From Ascidiella aspersa (Eukaryota), in assembly GCA_963924565.1 (NCBI GenBank), contig OZ004608.1:11966001-12030000 (forward strand): a DNA stretch of 64,000 bases. The letters run 5' to 3'. This document shows, in pieces, positions 53,301-64,000 of the stretch. The notes below the pieces were generated by a model that was not told where the DNA came from, did no database searches, and was given only the letters and a program-made list of their open reading frames with translations. The stretch's first letter is position 1. Every line of letters begins with the position of its first letter. Position numbers and translations under genes: made by a program.

Positions 53301-53450
53301 TACAATAGCATCGAATTGGGGCTTTCTGTCGCTGACTGATATCCTCAAACGCTCACAAAGATTAGCATTTAGGAGTCTCGTTCTTATGCTTGATTTTTTA
53401 CAAAATTCATAAACACTGACAATTTGTATTCACATGAAAACACTGTAGAA
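53301..53450 (-). pseudogene. Decayed hAT transposase C-terminal (dimerisation region) fragment
   Basis: With one frameshift it reads STVFSCEYKLSVFMNFVKN/SIRTRLLNANLCERLRISVSDRKPQFDAIV, resembling the STYxCExxFSxMxxxKxxxRxRLxxxxLxxxLRIxxSxxxPxFDxIV end of Charlie/SPIN-type transposases. Confidence 0.55.
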
Positions 53451-53565
53451 AGTTTATTTTTTTAAGACGAAATTAGAAGATCCGCACAAAACGCTGAAAA
53501 GATCCGGAACCGAATCGCGATCCAATATTTGAATATGACCGCTATAGCCTATGACAACGTTAGAG

Positions 53566-54641
53566 CAGACCTGGGCAACATACGGCCCGCGGCTTAGTTT
53601 TCTTAAAATGCATAAGCCGAGCGAAAACAAGGGGGAATTTCTACGTTTGGTTTTATCGTCACACTATTTCTAGGGACGGATCCAAACTCTATTTTAAGCC
53701 AGTTTTAAAGACTAAAATGATTTTTTTCGCGCTTCGCGAATCTTTTTTGTCTATTTCCTATCTTCCACAAATTATTTGGCCATATTTACAGATTAAAAGC
53801 GTCCTCTTCACTGTGGCACTCTCTCCAACAAAAGTTTAACAAACTTAGCCCTAATATATATAGATATATTGCGCTGCTTTCGAATGTATTCCGACTTTAA
53901 AATATGGACCAAAATACATGCCGTTTTCTAAACTCTGAAACACAGATTCACGTTTGTCAGCCTAATTTAGTTAATGCCATGTTGTGTATTTCTCCCGATT
54001 TATACCTACCAAAGTATGTATCAAGCAATGTATATTTTTATCTGTGCTCAATGCTTAACGTTCAGGTAATCTATAATACCATAGTACTAAGTTCACCGAC
54101 ATAATAACGCCATACTCGCAGTAATAAACACGACAGAATAAGATCTAAAATAGTCTAAATAAGACCTAAACACGAAATAAGTCCAAAATTAATCGGAACA
54201 AGACTTAAATGGACAAAATAAGGTTTTTAGTCTTAAAAGCTGGAGTCCCTTTAAAGATATGCAACTATATAAAACCTATATAATAAAAAAATGCAGGCAA
54301 TTTAAGAGAAATACCGGTACACCTAAAAAAAATCGCGCTCGCTTCGCTTGCAAGGTGCGCCACCCTGTTTGCATATGTCTCTAGGTGCGCCCCAAGTAAA
54401 AAAGGTTAAGAAACACTGAAATAGCCTATAGTCACATTTTTTCCTTTGTGTTAAATTCGACGTAAATTGAACATTTGCGTACAACTCCTAACGTAATAAC
54501 AAGTTCGTTAGCTAATTTATTTTTAGCCTCGTAGTATGACGTCATATTACATGCATTTGAGATCCTCTTTTTTGACCCGGCTCGCGACAACATTTTAAGT
54601 TTCTCATGTGGCCCGCGGTTAAAAATAATTGCCCACTCCCG
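53566..54641. mobile_element. hAT non-autonomous element, probably with nested fragments
   Basis: Left end CAGACCTGGGCAACATACGGCCCGCGG, right end GTGGCCCGCGG..TTGCCCACTCCCG. Both flanks end in TTAGAG. Confidence 0.55.
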
Positions 54642-56716
54642 TCTTAGAGTATGCTTAAATAGCATAATTTTGCGTTAACTGTCATTACTTAAAAATGGAG
54701 GCTTTGAAACGCGCACGACAGTCACCATCATACCTCCTTTTAAGAATCTGCTTCAGTTAAACAAATGTCGATGTTACACCAACATCGGATATTATAGCGC
54801 AGAGACCGAACAGCGAGCAACATACTGCGTATAACTCGACGTTTTTTAGCGAGTATAAAAGAAAGAAGGTTTGACTTAGCGTTGTGAATTGTCGAATACA
54901 CACTTGCTAATCAGTCAACCTAAACCTAAACAAATACCGGTAATGAAAGAGAAAAACTATCCAGCGTTTATGGTCGACCAAACTAAAGACGAAAAACGGC
55001 GTTTTGCGCTCAATTTTGGTTTCGCATTAGATTAATACGCGTGACCCAATTACTTAAAAAGCACGCCGCTTCGAACAGTTTGTTAAACCATGACAAAAAC
55101 GAACAAAAAGGATAATATCACTTACAAAAAGGGGGTAAAGAACTTCCGCCCCCCTGGATACGCCACTGAGGTCAATGGATAGTGTATAATATTTTTAACA
55201 TTTATAAGTAATTTTTAACCTATAATAAAAAATACTCATAATCGCATTTTGAAATTCCAGGGGGGGAAGTTCCTCCCCTTGCGGGCGCCCATGTGTCGAG
55301 ACAATGGCAAAGGAGCCATAATTGACCTCGAAAACTAATTGATGCTAAAGCGTGACTGGAAATTCTCTGTTACGTTCTTAACAGTGGTGTATCGAGGTTA
55401 TTCATAAAAACATGCAGAGTTTCGTCGCTATTAAGAAAATTACGGTTGAACCAGCTTCAAACAGACGTGTTTTGACAGCCTCTGGAAAATATCGTGAATC
55501 GATTCTCATACCGTCAATAAAGTTTACAGAAATTTAAACTTGTCATACCTCTACTGCTGTGATAAGTTGGAACTAAATTCCCACGCTTATAACTAAGAGA
55601 GCGAAATTTATTAGACATAAAAAACTTTTTTAGGTTTATTGCACAAAGGCTCATTTTGGTTAAAATGGCTTCAAGTGCAAGGCACCGATTAGGTGTAAAA
55701 TGGAACATAAATAGATTTGACACTTTTTGTATACAGAGGTATGAAAAACATACAAGAATGAGTACCACGCCGAAAATATGACGTTAAAGATCAGTAAAAC
55801 ATATGAAACTAGATCGGAGTAGATAGCTGTAAAGAACGAAAACAATGACGCTTCCCCCAATGAAAGGTCCCTAACGGACGGTGCAGACGCATAAACCTAT
55901 TGTATGCACCAACATACCACTCTACACCATGTTTGGAAATTTAAAACGTCTACGATGCATACTTTTTCTATAAAGCTTTGGACAAAAATCGGTCTGAAAT
56001 ACGCAAAGCAAACCATAGCAAACCAAAAAAGATAAAGCGGCAAAAACAAGATATGACGAACTTTTTGGTCCATGAATAATACAATGCTTTGCTCAATTGC
56101 AATAGGTTTGTAGATTTTGCTTGACTGGACTAATAGCTCATTCACCAATGACCCTTTTTAAACTTTACCCTATAAAAGTAAATAAAATGATTCGATAACG
56201 CCCCAATTTTTGTTTAGGGCACTAGATCTGGTTGCACAAGGCAGCAAACCAAGACCAATTACGTGCTTTGTAACTCATTAAAGCATGGCTTCGTTACTGA
56301 TTGCTTTAAATTACGTGATGTAGATAATATAGAAAGGCGAATATAAAAAACTTGGGTATTGGCGTAAAAAAATATATGAGTCTACCCAATTTAAAAACTT
56401 AAAATAAAATAAATCCCCAAAACATACGATAAATTTATGGCAACATATACAAAATATACAGGCTGTATAGGAACGACACTTGTTCAATAACGTTTAAAAC
56501 TAACATAAAACACAAACGATTGTAAGGAAATAGTATAACGCTATTGATAGCTGCTTGCAGCAGTCAGGTGGATAATTATTTACATGCGATTGCACATTTC
56601 TGGTTAGAGCTGTTTGTTGCAGCAATGTATTTTATGATTTTGAAAAACAATTCTCGCGTTCCCTTGAGTAACGGATTGTTGTGTAAATAAGGTCGGCTAT
56701 TTTAAATTTAAATCAT

Positions 56717-59700
56717 TCACTTGTCAGAGATAGAAAACATTGGCGGGGATGTCGGGTTTGAAATGGGCGATTCGGGATTGACAGTAATTCCACTGCCTTG
56801 ACTTGCAACGGTCATTTTCAACTCGTTAATAAATACACCTGAACTACTGTTCGATATGCTTCGCTGTAGTCTTTTATCCCACTGAAGTATTATGCTTCCT
56901 TGTAGGACATCCCTGTTGTCAACCTGAGCCACATATTGCAGCGAATATGAACATATTGGACTTGTCTTTTCGAGGAAAAATTGGGGCTTTCTATACACTT
57001 GATTGCTTGAAATATCCAAGGTGATATTTTGTGGTAGGACTATCAAACCTCCAGATAAAATCTTCAGTGTAACAACACTGTTGTGACTGCAAGAAAAAAC
57101 AAGATTACTTTGATGTGAAATTAAAAAATATATAACTAATTTATAGTAGTAGCAAAATTTTAAACCCCTTAAAGCAGGGGTCGGCAACCTTTTTAACACA
57201 AGGGCCAGTTAGGAAATATAATGATTACAGAAGGGCCGCACATCAAATAAGCACTAATCCATATTTTCAGCTTTTACTAAAACACAAATACAAGCGGATA
57301 AGAAATGTCATAGCAGACACACATGTTGGAAATAACTTTTCCTGCAATTCCAATGACGCCTTTCTCGTACGGATCGGCTCAGTACAATTTAATTAACAGC
57401 CTTAATTCAAAACCAGCTGATAAATATAGCATCTCAGTCAATATGCGTGGCAAAAGTCAGTTACACCTTGACCGTACCAGACAAGTGTAATTGTTGCAAA
57501 ACAATTCTTTATCATAATAACGTGACACAAGGAAAACTTTATGAATGAAGATTGTTTTGTAATAGATGCTTCCCATTCGAGTTCAATTGCATTAGTGTAG
57601 TAGCGGTGTCGCCTATGGGTCACATCGCACTTCAAATAGGAAACTAAAAGAGCAAAAGTCTCAAGATGGTGCACACTCAAATAGCCTTAATTACGGAAAA
57701 ATAGCAGAAGGAAGGTGAAGGGCCGCACAAAAAATGGAAAAGGGTCGCATGCGGCCCGCGGGCCGCACGTTGCCCACCCCTGCCTTAAAGCAAGTAATTT
57801 TTACTAAATTTTCGCTTTTAAAATAGTGTACTTATTTTAATACAATCTAGCACATTATTTGAATAAGTAGTATCTGCTGGGTAGGTTCTTACGGAGCGGA
57901 GAACAATTCAGAATGAATAATGCAGTCGTTGCAATAACAATCACAGTTTTCCATGTCTGTTTTGACTCTTGATGACAGTGGACTAGTATCATCATGAACG
58001 CACCAAATTAGGATATATTGGTTTGGATTGTGATTTGTCCAACTGCGGCGGAGGTACACAGTGGACACCATGGTTTTATTGGGAATAGATACACCTCGGA
58101 ATCTACATTGGGTTAAACAAATAAACAAGTGAGAAAAAAATAATTTACCCTGAAAGTATTAAAATTTAATTCCTGAGAAAAAATAAATCTAGTTAAATAT
58201 TTATGGCCCGAAAAGTCTTAAATGTTCCTTTAAATATAAGCAAATTGATACCAAGCATAAACACACCTGGAAAAATGAAGGGATTCAAATTGTAAACTCC
58301 GTTGGTCTTTTGTAACTTGGGTGGTTTTCAGTGGGTGCCAGTTTAAGTGATCTAAACTTTCCTCGATCTGCTTAAAGCAAGAATCGTTTACAAATCAAAT
58401 TTACTGGTTTACATATCACACGTACCCTGATATAGGCAGGATCGAGTTCAGGGTGATATGAAATAGGAAGTGTGATTTGAATGGGAGAGTTGAAAAATAG
58501 GCCACACGGAGTGCACTGAATAGTTGGGGTCACAGCAAAATTTCCATCCGGCAGTTTCTAAAAAGTTATTTCACACTTTAAACATTTTTAGAAATAATCT
58601 TCAAGTTTGGCTAGTAGCAAATATAGTGTAGGTATAGCAAAATTTTGGTGACATTGAAAGGAGCCTACAATAATTAAAATATCCTTTTTTTACATAAAGC
58701 GTCTAGCACCGCGGTGGCAGTTTCAGAAGGTACGCACGGGGATTTAGTCTTTATGTTTTTAAAGATTTTTTTTAAAGCTTAAGTGAATGTTTCTAAACAT
58801 TAGTGTATGTTTTAAACATTATCTGTCATCAATATAAGTCTTTAGTTATGCTTTATTATTTGATTATCTAGCGTGTTTTTATATGTCTCTTGTAGCGTCA
58901 TAAAGCATCTATTATGCTGTACTACCTGCTATCAGCGAATCGTTCGCATTAGTTAGAAAGTTGTTACATTATAAATAATCGTGACTACACTAGTGTACTA
59001 CAAGAAACATGGGTCAACTGACCCTTCAATTTGTATAGAGCCGCGAAATATTAAATAATTGCAAAGGGTCCACAAGGCAAAACTTTTTAGACAAGTTCTA
59101 GAACACTTTTTAGAAAACAGCTGGTATAGCATAAACTTGAGTTCTCAGGCCCCCCTAAACAATATCCAATCTTCAAATAAATTACTGTATTACGATTTGG
59201 GACCCCATTTTCGCAAAAATTACGACTGTTAGTAAACCAACTATTACGTTTTATTAACTATGGCGAGCGCCGACAACAGAAACCTTTGTCCCCCCAAAAA
59301 TTTCTCGGCCATATTTATACAGTTTACTTACTATTAAAAAAATCCTACGGGATTTTTACGAAGTCCGTCGACTGTGTTTGAAGTATCCACAAAATCAAGG
59401 GGGGTCCCGAAATTCCAACTTAAGGAATTCCCCTATTTTCCGTCTGACTTAAATGAATAATGTCGCCATAAAGCAGTGGCTGGGTGACGTGATAAAATAG
59501 TGATTGTAATGACGTCATAAAAAAATATTCAGAAACAGCCAATTAACGTCCAGCAAAACCGAACACAAAGCAAACACCTGCGTCGAAACCGCTCAGTATG
59601 CAATTGTTAACTGCAGGCGAAAAACTAAACTAAGGCAGTGAAGTATGTGTGATTGACTTTAGCAGAATTGTATTTTTCGTGTATGGGATCACGCTTAATT

Positions 59701-61977
59701 ATAAGCACGTTTTTCGCAACCTGCATTACTAAACGAAGATCCACAATTAGCGTAACACGTGCGCCAAGCAGTGTGCCAAGTCAGCTAAAATACAAAATGC
59801 GGTTGAGAGAAAATAAGTCGTGTCAATTGACCGCGGCCCAAATTACTCTTTTCAAAGCTATTGGAGGCCCACTACGAAAACAGTGACGGATTCAGGATAT
59901 TTGTTTTATGGTGACACTGCCCCTCGATGGCCAAAACACTGTCATGCCATAATGTAAAACATAGTCTGAAACGAAGAATATACGCACAAAGCGAGAAAAA
60001 ATTTACCGTTACATATAGTTAAAGTTAAATAAAATAGTTTAACGAAAACATATATTTCGTGATTATGTTAACATGTAAATGACAGAAAAGTTGTGTAAGA
60101 ATTTTATCCAACGCAAGTGGCAAAAAAGCCCATACGCACATAGTATGATAATTACCCAACGTTGTTTTTATAACTTCTTACTACTTCAGTAGTTGCGATA
60201 GTTAAAAATGGAAGTTTACAAAGATACCTTTAAAGCCATTCTTTGTTAAAACGATACCGATCGGGACATTAAGGGGCATTCCCTAATATGCAAAAAATTC
60301 CCAATTTGTTGCATATTAAAAGGTAAGTACATCTTAATCCGCATATGAAATGACCTTTTCAGTGAGAATTATCTGACGCCATATTTACAACAAATTAAAA
60401 AAACAAACAGTCGGCCTCTATGGCAAAAACTAAATTCGTAATAATCTGTTATTGACTTACAAGGGATAAAGCGTGCAGGTATGATAATATTGCCCTTACC
60501 TCATGCCTTTGCCAGTGTCTGAGTTGGATTTGCTGTACAGATGTTACAGCACCAGCTGGAATTTGCATTTTGCAACCCCAGTGTTCTAGTTCATGACAAC
60601 CATCGTCAATAGTCACCTCCCTATAAGTTGCATTTTCGGGTGGATCAACAAACGGCATGCTACCACTGGTTGGAAATGGTGGATTTCTGCGGTTGCCAGA
60701 TTGGCGTCTCCCTAATTTTTTTCTAGACAGTGGTGATTGCAAAGAAAGTTTTCTTGGACTTGTTCTCTGTATTTTTGTATAAAATTTAGGCACATCTAAT
60801 AAATCAATAAAAATGCTAAATGATATAGTTATACCAAACTAACCTTTGCCAGTTCTCTGTTGTCTTTTCTGTTCTTTCGCAAACGAACTTTTGCTTCAAC
60901 CTATAAAAGCGCTTATATTTCATGACAATACCACAAAAATATCACCTTTGTATTTTACCTTTGCAATATAACAAAAAAGACCAGCAGAAACAATAGCTTT
61001 AAAATTGAAAAGTTGGGCGGCATTTTTTCTGATATAAAATCCATTTACATACTGTTGTACCTTTACATAAGTTTATTATTTGACCAATGTAATTTACTAA
61101 ACAAATAACAAGTGGCAAAACAACACTTACATATTGTTGAAAAACTAACAAACTGTCAGAGAGCAAGATATAAATAATTTTTGTTACAATTTTAATAGAT
61201 TCCTTTTGAATGCAAAAAATGTTAAAGTTTTGGTTTTTAAGTTTGGTTTGTGCATTTAAGCTACTGCATTTTTGTATCTAAATTATTTGTACAAATAATA
61301 ACAAAAACATCTTACAGGAATCCATCCTTCATCTGACTCATCATATTCACTAGCATGATCGGAGTATTCTGAAACAAATATTTACATTATGTTTGTGTAG
61401 ATAAAAACAAATTAATTGTTAAACTTTTATAATGGATTTTAGCTAAATAAGGTAAAAAACCTGTTCCAGAATTGTTGACATTTTCTTTACTTCTCGCTCT
61501 CTTCTTTCTTTTAATACTTTTTGCATCATGATGTTTAGCTGGTTTTTGATTTACCTCTATGAAAAATGAATAGCCAGTTAACCAATATACTTCCAGTTGT
61601 TGATTAATGTCTACTGACGTTTATAGTTTTAAGAGGTATCCTAGTTTATTGATCACCACAAAGATTTGTATTTGTTTTCTTATTTAAAGTGACTATTTAC
61701 TTTAAATCATTATTTCACAAGTTTTCCAAAGCGTTATTTTTTTCTAATATTTCAAAAAATGAACCACTTCTCATTCTACCTTTTTTAGGATTTTTAGGTT
61801 GCTTTTGTCTCCTTGGTAGAGACTTAGTAACTCCATTGATTTTCAGTTCCTTCTGCAATAATGGTTGGATTTTAATGAAAAAAGATAGATTGAAGAAATA
61901 GAAAGTTTTTACGAACAGATAAATACCTCTTGGGTGTTTGGTTTTGTTTTTCTCACAAATAAGCTGACAACTTTCAT
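56717..61977 (-). CDS. ZU5 domain (plus UPA-like region) protein, UNC5CL/PIDD-like, ~10 exons, ~469 aa
   Basis: Exons 61977-61927, 61852-61780, 61556-61461, 61368-61316, 60900-60844, 60766-60500, 58557-58426, 58367-58267, 58102-57893, 57086-56717 (1410 nt, phase-consistent). ZU5 pattern: GCHELEHWGCKMQIPAGAV...VTPTIQCTPCGLFFNSPIQITLPISY...W...FESLHFSRF. Start and 3' end are uncertain (possible donor at 56720). Confidence 0.75.
57175..57782. mobile_element. Non-autonomous hAT (Charlie-like) element in an intron of the ZU5 gene
   Basis: TIRs CAGGGGTCGGCAAC / GTTGCCCACCCCTG, subterminal GGGCCGCA motifs, and a perfect 8-bp TSD CCTTAAAG (57167-57174, 57783-57790). Confidence 0.92.
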
Positions 61978-62189
61978 GATGCACAGCACGATAAACACAA
62001 TAAATACCACAAAACACAAAATATTTACATAATTATAAGTGGACTGCATTATATCAACCCTAATTGACTCCTAATTGAGTTGAAGAGATAGCTAACATTA
62101 GAAACAATAGGGTGTATCTTTATAGAATCGAAAACCATCGGCGGCAGGTTTTAGCCAGTCGATCACTGCTCCGCTGACGCGTATATTAA

Positions 62190-62323
62190 CAAGTAAAACT
62201 CATAGTTAAAAACATGAGTAAAAACAGGATCAGACGTTTTGTTTAAAGGAAAATATATTTCATCCTTTAAACAAAACGTCTGATCCTGTTTTTACTCATG
62301 TTTTTAACTATGATTTTTACTTG
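62190..62323. repeat. Near-perfect long palindrome (61-bp arms, 12-nt spacer)
   Basis: 62200-62250 is perfectly complementary to 62263-62313, extended 9 bp after one mismatch. Confidence 0.95.
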
Positions 62324-64000
62324 CTAACATTAGAAACTAACTCATTTTTTTTACAATCAGACAATAGCATTGTTCGGGAAAATATTACACGAAAAGCATA
62401 AACAAGTAATATCAAACATGAGTAAATATTTGCACACTGCACAAGCCTCCTACATGTCAATAGCGTTATTTTTCTTGTAGTCCATTTATAACAAATGAAC
62501 TGGTTTGCAGCCGTTGCAGCAGTTTTTTAATTGCAAAATATTTTTAGGTTTCGGCTCTGGAATTCTAAAACCGGTATATACAAAAAAAGTTGTGCCCCAG
62601 GCGCAATATTCACGTAAAGGGACGCCACCGTAATTTAAATCGGTACTTTTATGATGTAAGTGATGCTAGGCAACAAACGCTGCCCCGCGGTTGTGAAACT
62701 ACTAAAAGAGAACAACGTCAGTAAAAATTGTTAGAAAAACAAATCTACGAAAAAAACAAACATACGGGAAAGACCCTTTGGGAAAAATTTGTTTACAAAA
62801 GTGAGACGTGTAAGGAGTACAACACAAAACAAAAACTTTTGATTTTTCAGTGTAATATGAGAGATGTCTGCTAGGTTTGTGTATTTAGAAATTATTTTTA
62901 TTTGTAGATTTTGCATATGTATTAAAAAAAAGTGCTTATACAAATAAAAAAATATATAAAAATATAAATGCAGACATAAAATGTCGTCTATTTTTGTTCT
63001 TCGTGTAATAACTAATAACAGATTGTTTTTATTTTGACCAAATAACTAAAACCGATTTTGCCTATGGATGCTTAACTAATTACTAATAAGTGAGTATTAG
63101 CTTGTTGTCTTCAACTACTTCCATTTGCTTCCATGATGAAACCAAAAAAGCCTCCAGGTTTGTTTATCGTATTGCAGTTGAATGACACGCTTAATTGATA
63201 TACTAGCCGTTTAAAAAGTATGTTTTAGAATTTAGATTGTTGTTAGTGTTTCCAAAATAAATTTGCTTAATATTGGTTTAACGTTACCGTTTTTAGAAGC
63301 AATTCATTTAAAGTGGCACAGACTTTACAATAATTGATATTTCAACAATGCGAATTTAAATTTAACGCATTTCAGCCACCCTATTTTAGGCTGCTTAAAC
63401 ATCTCCATCTCGGGATATCCAAAGTTTCCTATCTGGCAGGCAAATAGCGACTTCCTTTTTTTAATTGAAGGTTTTTTATCATGACATTAACCGCGGAGGC
63501 TGTGTGAACTTCGTCATTGTTTTTCTAATAAATTGATTTCAAAATCTATGTCAAATAACATGACTCGAATCATTTTTGTTGGTTTTTAAGTAACATTTCA
63601 ATTCACTTTTTTCTAATACTTTTAAGTTGCTTGGTGTCATTAATTTTTATTGTTTTTGTTTCATGCTAAATTTGTTCAACATAAGCTAATAGACTGGCTT
63701 ATATTTTAAGTTGTCAATCACTTGACTTGCCCTATTAATTTATTTTTCTTTGAATTTTGACTAAATCAACAACAGTTCTGTTTGGGAAAGATGTTTTTAC
63801 TTGAAATACCATTATTGTGCGGCTACAATTCATCTATTTTATTTATTTTCTATTGGAATATTTGACTCTCTCTTGGTGGTTTATTTTGGAACAAAGGTTT
63901 ACCAACCTTGCTTTATAGGGATATCCTTTCGCCAGTATTTCACCCAAGAATTAACTCATGGATATTTTATGGATGAAAATAATGAGAGATATACGGAAAG

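Noticed and set aside
57856-57867. TATTTGAATAAG, resembling the 3' part of the Ciona spliced leader as recalled
   Set aside because: Only 12 AT-rich nt, not followed by a GT donor or Sm site; likely chance.

Overview
AT-rich eukaryotic genomic DNA from a compact invertebrate genome. Short GT-AG introns, patchy CpG depletion and many hAT-type MITEs fit an ascidian/tunicate, but that is inference. The first ~15 kb has no convincing coding exon. Five spliced genes were assembled by hand, each with consistent intron phases: (1) FAM193 family, + strand, 15397-42400, 26 exons, ~2145 aa; (2) RIOK3 kinase, + strand, 44057-47851; (3) WDR4/Trm82, - strand, 50171-48937; (4) FAM204A, - strand, 51349-50173; (5) a ZU5-domain gene with a PIDD/UNC5CL-type HFS motif, - strand, 61977-56717. 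The most striking feature is the FAM204A-WDR4 junction. The FAM204A stop codon and the WDR4 start codon lie in one exon separated by a single nucleotide (AAC ATG TAA A ATG GCC), implying a bicistronic or shared-exon locus. Also present are a tRNA-Thr(AGT)-like element antisense in a FAM193 intron, hAT MITEs with 8-bp TSDs, a decayed hAT transposase fragment, minisatellites, and three hairpin-plus-direct-repeat insertions.
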